Below, piece by piece: positions 25,414 through 38,114 of a DNA stretch of 64,000 nt. Position 1 is the stretch's first letter, and the number at the start of each line of letters is the position of its first letter. The DNA is taken from NCBI GenBank assembly GCA_030390025.1, contig CM059427.1, positions 132,494,001-132,558,000 on the forward strand, read 5' to 3'. The translations under genes and the position numbers were made by a program. The DNA comes from Squalus acanthias (taxonomy: Eukaryota). The notes beneath the pieces were generated by a model, which worked only from the letters and a program-made list of their open reading frames with translations, was not told the DNA's origin and did not search any database.

Positions 25414-25428
25414 TGCCACTAGGTGGCA
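25414..25428 (+). promoter_or_regulatory. Candidate CTCF site
   Basis: TGCCACTAGGTGGCA matches the CTCF core CCACYAGRKGGCR and lies in unique sequence. Confidence 0.5.
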
Positions 25429-25994
25429 TTTTATCGTTTCCCCACAAATCACTCAAAATGCTTTCGGGGAAAAAAACAATTTGTCCACTGTTTCTTTCCT
25501 CAGTAACTGAAATTTATAGTGTCTGAAATATGGTTTTAAACAGAAAATTCATATAATTACATATTTCACAATAATGATCAAACTTGTCACTTGAAACATC
25601 TTTGAATGTCTTCATAAAGTTTTTATTTAAAGGCTTCAGCTCTCCCAAAAACCTGGGCTTAAACTTGATATTTTTGCTCAGAACCGTGCCTCTGTTACTG
25701 AAGGCAGATTGTGCTGTCTGATCATGCGCAGTGCATCCAATCTCCCATGATGCAGCAGCAGCATTTACTCAGCTGAACAGCTGGAACATTCTTCAGCATC
25801 CAGCAGTTTCTGTTTTTCAAAATTATTTCAAGAAAAGCTAGAGGACAAATTGAGTGTTTTTTTTAAATGGAGAGATTGTGTGCTTCTGTGTGAGGGACAG
25901 AAATAATGACAAACTGTACAGATTACACCCCAGTTATTGCTTTTACTTTGCATTCTTTAAAGTTCAGAAAGCATATCAGAGACATAGAGCAGTG

Positions 25995-26175
25995 TTTTTT
26001 TCCAAAATGCCACCCAGGCATAAAACTGGCATTGCAGATCGGTCACCCATTATAGAAACCGCCTGATTTTCATTTTCACTGAATTTAACGGAAATTAAAA
26101 TTGGGTGGTTTCTATAACGGACGGCCGATCTGCGATGTCAGTTTTATACCCAGCAGCAAGATGAAAATCTACCCG
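25995..26175. mobile_element. Palindromic MITE
   Basis: ataaaactggcattgcagatcggtcacccattatagaaaccgcctgatttt pairs with aaaattgggtggtttctataacggacggccgatctgcgatgtcagttttat. Confidence 0.7.
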
Positions 26176-26924
26176 TGTCTTTCCTCGTCCTAATGAGTTT
26201 ATTTAAAAATAGTTGAATTTTAAAGTAAACGGAATGCCTCTTGTTACCAGCTGATTATCACTTGTGTTGTGTTGCTGGTTAGAAATTGTAAACATGCTAA
26301 GTATAAAAAGCTGTCAGACAACTGAGATGGCAGGAGGAGAGATTCTCTCATAATTTATGGGGTTTTTTCAAATTAAAAATGAAAGCTGTTGAATTTTGAA
26401 AACAAACAGAAAAGCTCTAATTATTATCACCTAATTTATATAAATAAAGATGTTTACATTTTCTTACAGCTGTGAGATAGAAACAGACAGATAATGAAGG
26501 AAAATAAGAGAGTGAGACAGGCAGACACAGAGATACACTTACACAAGAGAACAATCACAAAATACCACAATTAATGTTTGCAGTGATCCCTTAAAAATAG
26601 GCAAAACAGTGCTGCTATACATGGCATCGACTCAATGTTGTCAGGCCCATACCTCCCCCCCCCTCATTGCTGACAGACAATGAGTCAAACCTCACATTCC
26701 ACCCCTAGATGTGCCAACACTCAGGTTCGCCTTCCACAGTCCTACCAAACCTAGGTTCTCCTTACACAGTGATGCCAGACCAACCTCCCCATCCCCAATA
26801 CTGCCAAACACTAGAAGCCCAACTGGAATGTCAAACTTCAGGACCTCCATCCAAGTTCTGCCAAACACCAGACCATTTCCTAATGCTACCAAAGCCCAAC
26901 ACATTCCTCAATGCCTCAAAGTGC

Positions 26925-27120
26925 AGAATGCAAGATACTGCAAACCGGAAATAAAAAATGAAAATGCTGGAAACACTCACCAGGTCACGGAGCATCAGTG
27001 GAGAAAGGAAACAGTTTAGGTTAGTGATTCAGGTCTAGACCTGAAATGTTAAACTTTTTCCTTTCTGCCAGATGCAGCCTGACCGGCTGAGTGTTTCTAG
27101 CATTTTATGTTTCTATCCAA
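26925..27120. mobile_element. Penelope-like fragments in inverted arrangement, degenerate
   Basis: A reverse copy (aaaatgctggaaacactcaccaggtc) is followed by a forward copy (gacctgaaatgttaa...agatgcagcctgaccggctgagt). Confidence 0.7.
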
Positions 27121-27559
27121 TTGCAGGACTGCCCTCCAAATATAGTTAAGCACAATTCCCTTTCCCCAGTATTTCTAAATGCCCAATATCTACCTGCAAC
27201 TGGTGCATATTGTGTACCATCTTTCTGTGTATTCTCAGCTTAAAGTAAGGGATAAAAATTAAATACATAAAGGAATATATTAAAATAAAGGATATGCATT
27301 TATGGTTTTCACAGAATAATGGCCAGGGTTGTGGAATTCAATCCTCAAAGCACCAGCAAAAATCTAATAATTTAATAAAAAATGAAATTTGATTAATTCA
27401 GTTGCTAGACCTGATATTGTGCCCTACATAGCATAAACATCCCCATTATTATAAAACTGAGTTTCCCCTGAACCATCGTAGGAAACCCAACAGGTGATCT
27501 ACTAATACATTATATAACCGCATTGTGCCCATTTACTCCAAGGCATTTTTCTGGGTCCA

Positions 27560-28027
27560 GAAATGCGAGGGTATACATATCAGGAAAGGATGAACAGGCT
27601 GGGTCTCTTACCTCTTGGGGAAAAAAAGGCTGAGGGGTGACCTAATAGAGGTCTTTAAAATCATGAAAATTTTTGATAGAGTGGATACAGAGAGAATGTT
27701 TCCACTTGTGGGGAAGATCATAACTAGAGGCCATCAATATAAGATAGTCACCAAGAAATCCAATAGGGAATTCAGAAGAAAATTATTTTCCCAAAGAGTG
27801 GTGAGAATGTGGAACTCTCTACCACAGGGAGTGGTTGAAGTGAATAGTATAGATGCATTTAAGGGGAGGCCAGACAGGCATATGAGGGAGAAGGGGATAG
27901 AGGGTTATGCTGATAGATTTAGATGAGGAAAGATGGGAGGAGGCTCGAGTGGAGCATAAACGCCGGTATAGACTGATTGGGCCGAATGGCCTGTTTCTGT
28001 GCCGTATATCCTATGTAATCCTATGTA
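27560..28027 (+). mobile_element. CR1 LINE 3' fragment
   Basis: RLRGDLIEVFKIMK, FSQRVVRMWNSLP; tail cctatgtaatcctatgta. Confidence 0.92.
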
Positions 28028-30584
28028 CTAAAGTTAGTCAGACTCAGCATCTGGCCATTACTGTCAGATTCCTAACCGCCTGCCCAATGTAGTTACCATT
28101 TGCTTTCCCCCTCAGTAAATATCTCTGACTAAATCATAGCTGTTTCAGTACTTGTCATGGTGCTGAATACTCCAGCTACTCAGCTGAGGGCTACAAGGTG
28201 TAATTTCTGTGTGAAATTGAGACTAAATCCTGATGTGATTACAGAAACAGGCAGCAAGGCAAGCATAATATTAGCTACGGATTTCCCCTGCTAAGGAACA
28301 GGCAAACAGGAGGATTCTCAACTTTGGAAACAGATGGAGTGGTTGTTTTAAGCAGTGCTGAGTACAGGAAGTGTGGTCAGAGATGGAAATGAAGGGAAGG
28401 GAAACTTTACAGACATGAGGACATAGGTCAGTCTCAGACACAGGAGTTCAGAGATGGGTTAACCTCAAAATTAAGGAGGAGGTGGATTTTTGAGGCATAT
28501 TCAGGGGAAAATTAAGTCTCATTGAATGTGGATCATTCTGAAAATTTCTCACCAACCTTTGAGTTAAATTTTTCACACCTGTTCTAAGTAAAATTACCCT
28601 AGGAATTATGTGTCATAGCAGAGATTATCTGTAATTTAGTTATATGAGGGAGGGAAATAAATAAAGTAAATATGCAGTGGGGGGAAGCAAGACCACACAA
28701 GAGCAGTGAAGAGATTGGGTGTAGGATTAACAAGTTCATCTGCATGTGGAGAGAGTATGTTGGTACTCCAGAGACCAGTGAGGGGGATCAGTGAGGAAGA
28801 AGAACTGAGTGCAAGATAAATGGGTAGGGAGGGACGTATCAAGGGTCTGGACTGATAGAATAAAGTGCTCTTTCCAACTAGCATAGATTTTAAACTTTAA
28901 ATCTTTATTTTAACTAATGCAACTGACAAGCACTAAAATTCAATGCCAACATTTTCTGCTCCCTTATCAATTTCACACCAATTCTTTACTTAATACACAG
29001 GTTGCTTGACTTTTTTTTTTAAAAGGACACATATATAGGCTGTTAGAAAGGGGCAACCTAGCATTGAGAGCTTTCAGAATTCACATTAGATCAGTCACAC
29101 AACCAGTCAACTTGAATACTACACCTTTTTAAAAGAATATTTACAAGAAGTGCAGATGCATCATATTGGATTACATTGAGCTTCATGAGAAATAAACCAG
29201 AATTGTAGGACCTGACATTCCATTAACATTTTTAGATAAGACATTTGAATTTGTTTGATCAAATCTAACTGGCATAAAGTTCAACATTAAAAAGCTAATT
29301 AATTCATACTAAATGAGATCAAGCTAGTTGTCACTTACACTAATTGCATATCTTAATCCAACAGTATTAGAAACATTTTACACTACATACATCAGAAATT
29401 TTAGGCACTCAATTTGAATCATTCAATACCTCACTGCAGAAATCTCAAGGTGTACATCAATATTAACACAACATATTAAAGCTGATCTGTGACAATAGTT
29501 GCTGTATTATCAGAAAAGCTAGTTTATCATCTGTGCCTTAAATACAAAAGATGATGCCGCTCATTGTAACTAAATATAAAATCAGACCTTGCCTGTTTCT
29601 TTTAAAGAAGTGGCATTCAAGTTGCTTTCCACGTTACTAATCTTTTTAAAGTAAGCTCTAAAAAGGTTCTGATTTTGCACATATATACTGAATTGCTGTA
29701 CCTCTATAGCAGCTGATCTTTAATCCGTTTTTATAGTCTTCAATTTTTTCTAATGTATTTGTTTTATTGTTTTAAAAATATGACCAAAATAATATCAGTC
29801 AGGTTTAATATCACTTTCCTTTGAAGCATTTTATGGCTCTTTAGAAATCCTAATCACACGATGAAGCATTATTGAACATAGTTGGAGATTGAAGTATACA
29901 TGAAGTATATTTTAATGGAAGCACTCTCCATGGTTTACACATTTCATCTAACGTTTACTCTAATGATAAGACTGTAGTTGAATCATGGCAATACCCATGA
30001 AATATTTTTAAACAATCTGACCATATAAAACTGATCCAAAATGGCAGGAGACAATAAAACCATATAAGATTACAGCACATACGGCGCCATTCAACCTATC
30101 ACGTCTGTGCCGGGTCTTTGCCAGCGAAATCCGAAATCCCAGTGTACTGCTCCTCATAGCCCTATATATTCCTTTGCCTCAAATATTTACTGAATTTTCC
30201 CCTTAAAAAAAATGGTCCCTGCCTCACCCACTCGCGTTGTACACTCCAACAACCCTCTGTGCAAAGAAATGTCTCTCCTCACGCTCAGTGAGAACTTTAA
30301 TTTGATAATCCCTCATCACTGGCTCCTAAACAGAGGAAATAGTTTTAACCTATTCGCTCTATCATACCTATTCATAATTTTTAAAACCTTGAGTAAATCT
30401 CCTGTCGGCCTTCTCTGCTCCAATGGTCATAGTTCCAATATGTCAATTCTCTCCCCGTAACTACAAGTTTTCCATTCCGGATATTGTCCTGGTGAATCTA
30501 TGCTGAATGGTCTCTCTAGTTTTAATGTACTCTCTAGAATGGGCTGCCCCAAACTGCACGCAGCATTCTAACTGTGGCCGAACC

Positions 30585-31383
30585 CAGTGTTGTCCAATAC
30601 ATTAGCCACATGTGGCTACTTTGGGAATCCAGATATGACTGCATTTTTGAATAGGAAGTAATAGACACCGTGGTTGATCTCGGTACTCATTCGCACGGTG
30701 TATGCATGTGCACTTTAACCCTTTTGTGCGTATTTTGGTAAAATGCTGAGATGAAAAGCAGAGCGTGCGCGTGTGTTTTTTGATTGTTGTGTGCGCTTTC
30801 CTTCATTGGTTCTTGTTATCTGCTAAAATGAGATGCAACACAGGTGAAACCGCCAGACTTCAGAACCATGGAAACAGCAGCAACGGAGAGGGCAGCCGTG
30901 GTCAGCTCGAGCAATCAGAATAATCGCTGAACGCCCGGAGACAGCAAGGCCAACCAGTAACAAGCAGCTCCAACAGGGCAGGGCAAAGGGCAAGCAGCGG
31001 CCACGGCTCGGGCGCCTTTCGCTCTAGTCAGCATTCTCGGCAATCACTCCAGGACAGCAGGAGTACCGCTTCGGATTTCCAGCAGCCGCAGTATTTTGCT
31101 TTTGTACCGCTTTTAAGTGCTGGACAAAAATCTAGAAGCTGTTCCAAGATGTGCTTTGTCTGATAAACTCATGCCATAATTCCAAACTTTGGTGAAAGAG
31201 AAACTGCAAAGTTTCACACTGAATGGTGGTAGATGTTTAAGTAAATATACACCTGTAAATATATACATTTGCCCGCAATGCGTGCAAGGCATAATCGAGT
31301 AAAACTGGTGCATGTGGCTGAAACAGTGTCGCCTACCGTAGGCACACTTGTGGCTCGGCAGCGATTTATATTGGACAACACTA
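30585..31383 (+). mobile_element. hAT-Charlie deletion derivative, copy 2
   Basis: TIRs CAGTGTTGTCCAATA / TATTGGACAACACTA; TSD gccgaacc / acctaacc; transposase relic ending CKVSH*; inverted homologue of 22977-23785. Confidence 0.9.
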
Positions 31384-31621
31384 ACCTAACCAATGCTTTG
31401 TATAAATTCATCAATATTTTAATTAATGTACCCTTAAGGCATTAATTATAAAAGCAAAAATTCAATTGGCCCTTTTTACAGCTTTATCTACCTGCACTTT
31501 CAGCGATTATATATTTCATCCCCTAGATCTCTTCATCCACACCTTCAGTGTTTTTTCATTAAGTACTCCCATTCTTTGCTTTTTGCCCCACAAACCTCAC
31601 ACTTATCGCATTAAATTACAT

Positions 31622-31718
31622 CTGATGAAAGGTTATCGACCTGAAACGTCAACTCTCTTTCTCTCTCTACGGATGCTGCCTGGCCTGCTGAGTTTTTCCA
31701 GCGTTTTCTGTTGTTATT
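31622..31718 (+). mobile_element. Penelope-like fragment beginning at the hammerhead core
   Basis: CTGATGA-a-aggtt-atc-gacct-GAAACGTC-aact; TSD ttacatctg / ttacatttg. Confidence 0.75.
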
Positions 31719-31997
31719 TTACATTTGTCACCTGTCTGCCCACTCTGCTAACCAGCCCATGTCTTCCTCAAGTCTTTCACAGTCCTCTTTACTGTTTGCC
31801 AAACCTCCAAACGTTTGTGTCCTCGGCAGATTTCATCTACCCAAGCCCAATCATCTATATATATATACTGAGAACAAAACTGGAGCCAGCACTGACCCCA
31901 GGATATACCACTTCCAACTCTTCTCTAGTCTGAACACCCATTTACCCTAGTTCTTCATTTCCTGTCCATCAACTGACTTTCTATCTATGCTGCTACA

Positions 31998-32131
31998 TAG
32001 GGGCGGATTGGCCGTACAGGAAATGGGGAGCTTTCCCGAATGGCCGTGCGAATGCTTCCACGGCGCTGTATTTATCGACACCCACTTTTTCTGAATCGCG
32101 AAGAATTCCGCACTGAGTCAGTCCACTCCTG
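31998..32131. mobile_element. 134-bp hAT (Tip100-like) MITE
   Basis: Ends TAGGGGCGGATTGGC / GTCAGTCCACTCCTG; 8-bp TSD ctgctaca / ctgctgca. Confidence 0.78.
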
Positions 32132-32885
32132 CTGCTGCATTTCCTTTTAAACCGAACGCCAGACTTTTTCTATCAAGCCGCTCATGAAATACCTTACCAA
32201 ACACTCCTAAAAATCCACCTACCACATTCCTTTTATCTATCTCTTCAAAAACAAACCTGTGCTAACTTTCAATATTCATGATTATCTTTAGTATTGCTGG
32301 TCTGTCATATACATCCATTTTAAGTTCAGATTCGTTTCAATATATCTGTTTATCCACAGAACTCGATACTTTGATGCACCTTTTTTTTGCCTTGTACGAA
32401 TATATTTATTTCGCGCTCTATGTATCTCATACTTGAGGATGTCCCACTGATCTGTCTGCTGTTTTTTCTGCTGGGTTAATTTGGTTCGCATCCCTTCTTA
32501 TCTCGCTGAATTTTGCCTTTTTCCAGTCCAGCACTCTTAACTTTGACCCTTCATTATCTTATCATCTCTTTTGCCTTCTTCCTGGCGCTCCAAAAATCTC
32601 AAAACACTTGTTGACAACGGAATATAATTATTCTATATTTATGAAAGCTTTTTCCACAACAGTAGATTCTTAGCTTTATAGCACCACAAAAGACTGCCGG
32701 ACAAAGCAAAACAATATGAACACACACCTCAGCAATTGGGACTACAAATTTCAAAAAAGCTGTTTAAAAATAATTTAATTCAAATTCTTAAAGATAATCG
32801 CAGTTTGGGGAAAGCTATAAACAAATATGGTCTAGACACGCAGAATGGCCTATTCGAAGGTATTTCAGTTTAAGCACAATGTCGG

Positions 32886-33016
32886 TGATGAGGGTCCCAG
32901 ACCTGAAACGTTAACTCTGCTTCTCTCTCTACGGGTGCTGCCTGGCCTGCTGAGTGTTTCCAGCATTTTCTGTTGTTATTTCAGATTTCCAGCATCCGAA
33001 TTATTTTGCTATTGTA
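32886..33016 (+). mobile_element. Penelope-like fragment with a truncated hammerhead core
   Basis: tgatga-gggtc-cca-gacct-gaaacgttaact; TSD tcggtgat (32882-89 / 33017-24). Confidence 0.75.
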
Positions 33017-33562
33017 TCGGTGATAAGTTGCGGTGTTATCCCTCATACTCACAATTCAGGAATGTTTACAGGCTTCAATTGTTAAACTATAATTATTAAG
33101 TGCTGTCAGGAGACTGTTGTGGGCACTTCAGTCAAAGCAACTTTCTTAAAACAAAATCTGGCCTCAAGATCAAATATAAAACAATAACATTTGGAACTTG
33201 ACATGTTCTTTTTAAATGGAAACACATCTTTGTTGGACATTTTTATCTTGCGTTTTTTAAAAAAAAACACCGGCTAAAGGTTAAGGAATAAACATCCCTT
33301 AAGCTTTCCAAAGCAAAGGACCAGGGCAGGAACACTGCTCCTAACCAGATTCCTCCTACACTTTTAAGTTTAGTCAAAGGCTGACTTCTTTGAAACCTGT
33401 GGTTCTGCATTCTTCAATCACCTCATGCACCCCCCGTATGTCATGTCGACACCGTGTTTAACTGCAAGTGACGACTTATTAACCGTAGCTCTGATAATGT
33501 CTTGTTCAAGCAAGTTTGGGCGCTGAATGAACTCTGATATATGTTTTACATCCGATTTGTGT

Positions 33563-33581
33563 ACACACACACACACACACA
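33563..33581. repeat. (AC)n microsatellite
   Basis: acacacacacacacacaca. Confidence 0.95.
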
Positions 33582-34349
33582 GGCAGTAAATTTAACACTG
33601 TCCGACTCCGATCAGCAAATACTGGTGGTATTAAAGGAGGTTTACTTTTAACAAGATCTAGCAGTATTTTTAAACGAACTGGACTTCTCGCTTATTTCCG
33701 CTTGTTCAAGAATGACAATTCATCTAGTAGGATAGCTCGGACATTCGCTCCTTCTGTCGGTTCCAGCTTTTAGCCATTCTGAAAAGTTTGATTTATGAGC
33801 AACGCCTGTGTTCAGTCTTAACATGCAGACTTCATCGAATCCTATTCTATTCACTAAATAACCGGATTTTCTAAAGTTTATTGATCTTCAAATACTTTTT
33901 AAATTGTCCAACTACAACAGACCCCAGTTTGCTGTGATATTTCCATTCTCCTGTCGGTTTCTCACAAGGCATTCCTTATTCCATCTGAATTTTAAATGTG
34001 AGAAGGCGCAAAACAAATAGCGACGTCGCTCTAACCCCACATAATTGTGATTTGTAAAAAAACAAACTATAAACATAATGGGTGTGAATTACATAAAATT
34101 ACAAAGACCGTTCAAATCTTTTTAATAAAACGAATTCAATTTTCATGAATTTCACGTAATTGACGGTTTAAATGGCCACATGTCCACTGAAAAAACTAGG
34201 AGTTGCAACTGCATGAAAACCTGTTAACTTTGTACATCACACTAAGCCGATCAGCTGGATGTAACTTCAAGATTCGGTAGAGAAGCGTTTTCTCTTTAGT
34301 AACTCACAGCTGCCGCTGAATATATTCTTAATGTGAACGTGGTTTTAAA

Positions 34350-34722
34350 GAGCTTGTATTTAGCGTCCAATCATATCCTCAGGAGGTCCGAAAGCACTTT
34401 ACAGCCAACAGATTACTTTTGAAGTACAGTCTCTATCGGCAAACGTCTAAAAAATAGCCAATGAGTGAATGACGAGATAATAAGCCGTTAGTTGAGGGGG
34501 GAGCCAGGGCAGTAGACTCTAATTGGGAAAGAGCCAAGGGATCTTTTACTTCCTTTTAAGCAAACAGGTGGATCCTCAGTTTAACATCCCACCTGAAAGG
34601 CGGCGGCTGTGACAATGCATCGCTCCCTCAGCACTGTGCGGTCAGTCTAGATTATGTGCTCAGATCGTGGAGTGGGGCTTGAACTCACACCTTCTGACAG
34701 AGGGAGAAAGCTACCAACTTAC
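34350..34722 (-). mobile_element. tRNA-derived Deu-domain SINE (SacSINE1-like), degenerate
   Basis: The minus strand has a B-box-like tgagttcaagcccc head, a body related to 52320-52640 and an L2-like tail. Confidence 0.65.
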
Positions 34723-34828
34723 ACCAATTGCTTAAAATATATTTTGCAGCAAGTAATTGTGTGGCTGGTATACTGTCATATTTATTTGCCATGAAAACCA
34801 TGGAAGCAGAGAGTCTGCTCAAAGAACA

Positions 34829-34975
34829 CAAAAGCAAAATACCGCGGATGCTGGAAATCTGAAATAAAAACAGGAAATACTCAGCAGGTCAGGCAGCTGT
34901 GGACCTGAAACGTTAACTCTGTTTCTCTCTCTACAGATGCTGCCTGACCTGCTGAGTATTTCCAGCATTTTTTGT
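34829..34975. mobile_element. Penelope-like inverted double fragment
   Basis: A reverse copy followed by a forward copy, bounded by a 15-bp direct repeat tctgctcaaagaaca (34814-28 / 34976-90). Confidence 0.82.
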
Positions 34976-35059
34976 TCTGCTCAAAGAACAGTTGACTGAT
35001 GAAAACGTACTGGAGATTTAGGACAATTGCTGGGATAGTTTCCACAAGACTGGACGTGA

Positions 35060-35272
35060 GAACATAGAATGATACAGCACAGAAGGAGGCCATTCAGACC
35101 TCCCGCTCTTTGAAAGAGCTATCCAATTAGTCCCGCTCCCCTGCTCTTTCCCCAAAGCCCTGAATTTTTTCCCCCTTTTCAAGTATATATCCAATTACCT
35201 TTTGAAAGTTACTACTGAATCTGCTTCCACCAGCCTTTCAGGCAGTGCATTCCAGATCATTACAACTCTCTG
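35060..35272 (-). mobile_element. CR1 3' end fragment
   Basis: acagcacagaaggaggccattc ... caggcagtgcattccagatc (reverse complement of CR1 3' UTR and ORF2 end). Confidence 0.75.
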
Positions 35273-36354
35273 GTAAAAGATATGCTCACATATTGAGGAT
35301 TTAGTGCCTACCATGATTTGGTCACAGCGTCAAGCAGTTGTTGCTCAAGCTCTGCATCTCCAATTGGTGGTGCCACTATTTGATGAGATGTATGTGTCCA
35401 TACTGTAGTCAGGATGGTGGCAATGCACTCACATATTTCATGGTGGGTCATGAAGTCAAGTGGGCAGTATAGCTGGCCTACTAATTCCAGAACGGAATTA
35501 AAAAGGAACAGGAAAACTTGTGCAATCAACAAATCCTAATTCAATGAAATGGGCTCATCCCAACCTCCAACTATCTGAAGCTCTTATTTCATGTCTATAG
35601 GGCCCGAAACTCTTTTAGTGAAAGGCTGGAAAATGCCAGTTTTTCTCCATAATTTCTCCAAAAAGAAATAAAGCAATGAAAGTGGCAAAAGTCCATATTG
35701 CAGGAAGGAAAGGCCACTACCACTTTTTTACCCCTCATTACTGCCTCCCCCTCCCCCCCCCCCCACCCCATTTGGTCTAATTTCTTGCAATATAACTGAA
35801 CAGTGGATAGGTTGCAGGAAATAACATTACCTCAGAGCTCAAATCTGGTATATTTATCAGGTTATTTTACATACGTTAACAGATGAACAGGAAAAAGGTC
35901 AAATGTATGGGACAAATTAGCACACAAACTTAATCTAGGAACATTTTTTGGTTTGAAATGTACTTTTCCTCTTTAAAAAAAAACAATTTTTCACTTAATG
36001 AGTAAATTGTCAAGAAAATTGTAAATGCAGGACAAAAAATATATGAAGTAAAGGCAATTAGCATATTTCAACTTCAAACTTACAGAAACCAGAATCAAAT
36101 TTTGTTTATGCACAGTTATAATATATTCTATACAAAATTGGTTAACAAGTATATGCTAATTCAAAATGTTGTGATCGCTACAATATTTCTCAAAACAATA
36201 GTAAACTTACTCTATGGGCTTTATGTCCAACTACACCTATAATTTGCTAACTTAAAGGTTTACTCATATAAAAACCTTAACCTTCCTTATGCTGCCTGAC
36301 ATTTTAGTTTCTTTTTGACATCGCATTATGCAAATATAGATGTATCACACGCAA

Positions 36355-37960
36355 AAGGAACAGGAGCAGTTCATTCAGCCCCTCAAGCCTATTCTGCCAT
36401 TCAGTTAGATCATGGCTGATCTGTAACTCACGTTCATTTACCCGCTTTTGTTCCATATTCCTTGATATCCTTACGTAACAAAAATCTATTGATTTGAGTC
36501 TTGAAAATTTCAAAATGACCCAGCACCCACAGCCTTTTGGGAGAGCAAGTTCCAGATTTCCACTATCCTTTGTGTGGAAAAATGCTTCCTGATGTCACTC
36601 CTAAATGTCCTAAGCTCTAATTTTAAGATTATGCCTTTTTGTTCTGGATTCCCTCACTGGAGGAAATAGTTTCTCTATATTTTCCATATTGAATTCCTTA
36701 ATCATATTAAAATGCCTTAATTAGATCACCTCTCAATCAATATTCTAAATTCTAGCAAATACAACCCAAGTTTATGCAACCTGTCCTCATAATTTAACCC
36801 TTTAAGCCCTGGTATCATTCTGGTGAATCTGTGCTGCACCCCTTCCAAGGTCAATATATCTTTCCTGAGGGTCGGTGCCCAAAATTGAACAAAGTACTCT
36901 AAATGGGGTCTGACCAAGACATTCCATTTGTTTTTTTTGTTACTTTTTGTACCTGTGCACTAGCTTTTAGTGATTTGCGTACATGGACATGGACATGTAA
37001 ATCCCTTTGCTCCTCCACAGCTCCTGGTCTCTCACCATTAAGAAAATATTCCGATTTGTCTGTCTCAGATCCAAAGTGGATGACCTCACACTTCTCCACA
37101 TTGAACTCCATCTGCCATAATTTTTCCCACTCACTTAATCTGTCTATGTCCTTTGTAACTTCCTGCTCCCATCCACACATCTTACTGTCCCTCCTAACTT
37201 AGTGTTATATGCAAACTTGGATATACAACTTCCTATTTTTTCATCCAAGTCATTGATATATATGGTGAAAAGCTGCAGCCCCAGTAGAGATCCCTGCAGA
37301 ACACTTGTCAATCCCACCAATCAGAGAATAAACCCTTTATCCCTACTTTGTCTCCAACCTCAGAGCCAATTACCAACCCATGTCACAAGGTTAGCTCCAA
37401 TTCCATGCACTCATTTTTGCTAATTATCACTTCTGCGGAACCTTATCAAATGCCTTCTGGAAGTCCATTAGACAATATCCAGACACTTTCCTATCCACCA
37501 TGATAGTAACCTCCTCAAAACATTCAACTAGATTAGTCAGACATGACCTAGCCTTCACAAATCCATCCTGACTTTGATCAGTTCATACTTGTCCAAGTGC
37601 TCAGTCACTATCTCCGATGGTAGATTTCAGCAACATCCCCACAATTGATATTAAACGGACGGGTCTGTAGTTGGACTAATAGGTCTATAATTTACTGTTT
37701 TTTCTCTCCTCCCTTCTTAAATAATGGGGTGACATTTTCCAATCCACAGGGGCAATTCCTAGATCTAGCAAGCTTTGGAAAAGCTGCACTTTCCTCACCT
37801 ATTTCTTTTAATACCCTGGGCTGGAAACCATCAAGTCTTTGAGAATTGTCTATCTTAAGTCTCATTATTTTCTTATTTCCATTTTTTACTTATATTAAAT
37901 CCACTAAGGTCCTCCCCTTGACTTATTTTTAGGTTCCTTTGTACTGCTGGTATTTTGTGC
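36355..37960 (-). mobile_element. Degenerate CR1 LINE (RT region and 3' end)
   Basis: VRPHLEYFVQFWAP, WQMEFNVEKCEVIHFG; CR1 3' UTR at 36355. Confidence 0.92.
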
Positions 37961-38114
37961 TCAATAATGTATGTACTTTGTAAGGTATTTCTTTTTAAAT
38001 ATTCAACACACAATCTAACCTATTGGAAATGCTGTCAAATTAACTTGTAACAAGAGCAGGGCTCTTTATTTGTTTCATATGACATTAATAAGAGTTCCCC
38101 AGGATAAGTCCTCA

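Larger units (their letters stand above)
30060..32560 (-). mobile_element. Old degenerate CR1 LINE hosting three nested insertions
   Basis: CR1 tail at ~30060. CR1 sequence resumes after each insert (30585-31383, 31625-31718, 31998-32131). Confidence 0.75.

Noticed and set aside
26690-26910. Degenerate ~28-bp periodicity and Pro/Thr-rich ORFs
   Set aside because: Decayed tandem repeat next to a Penelope fragment; no coding evidence.
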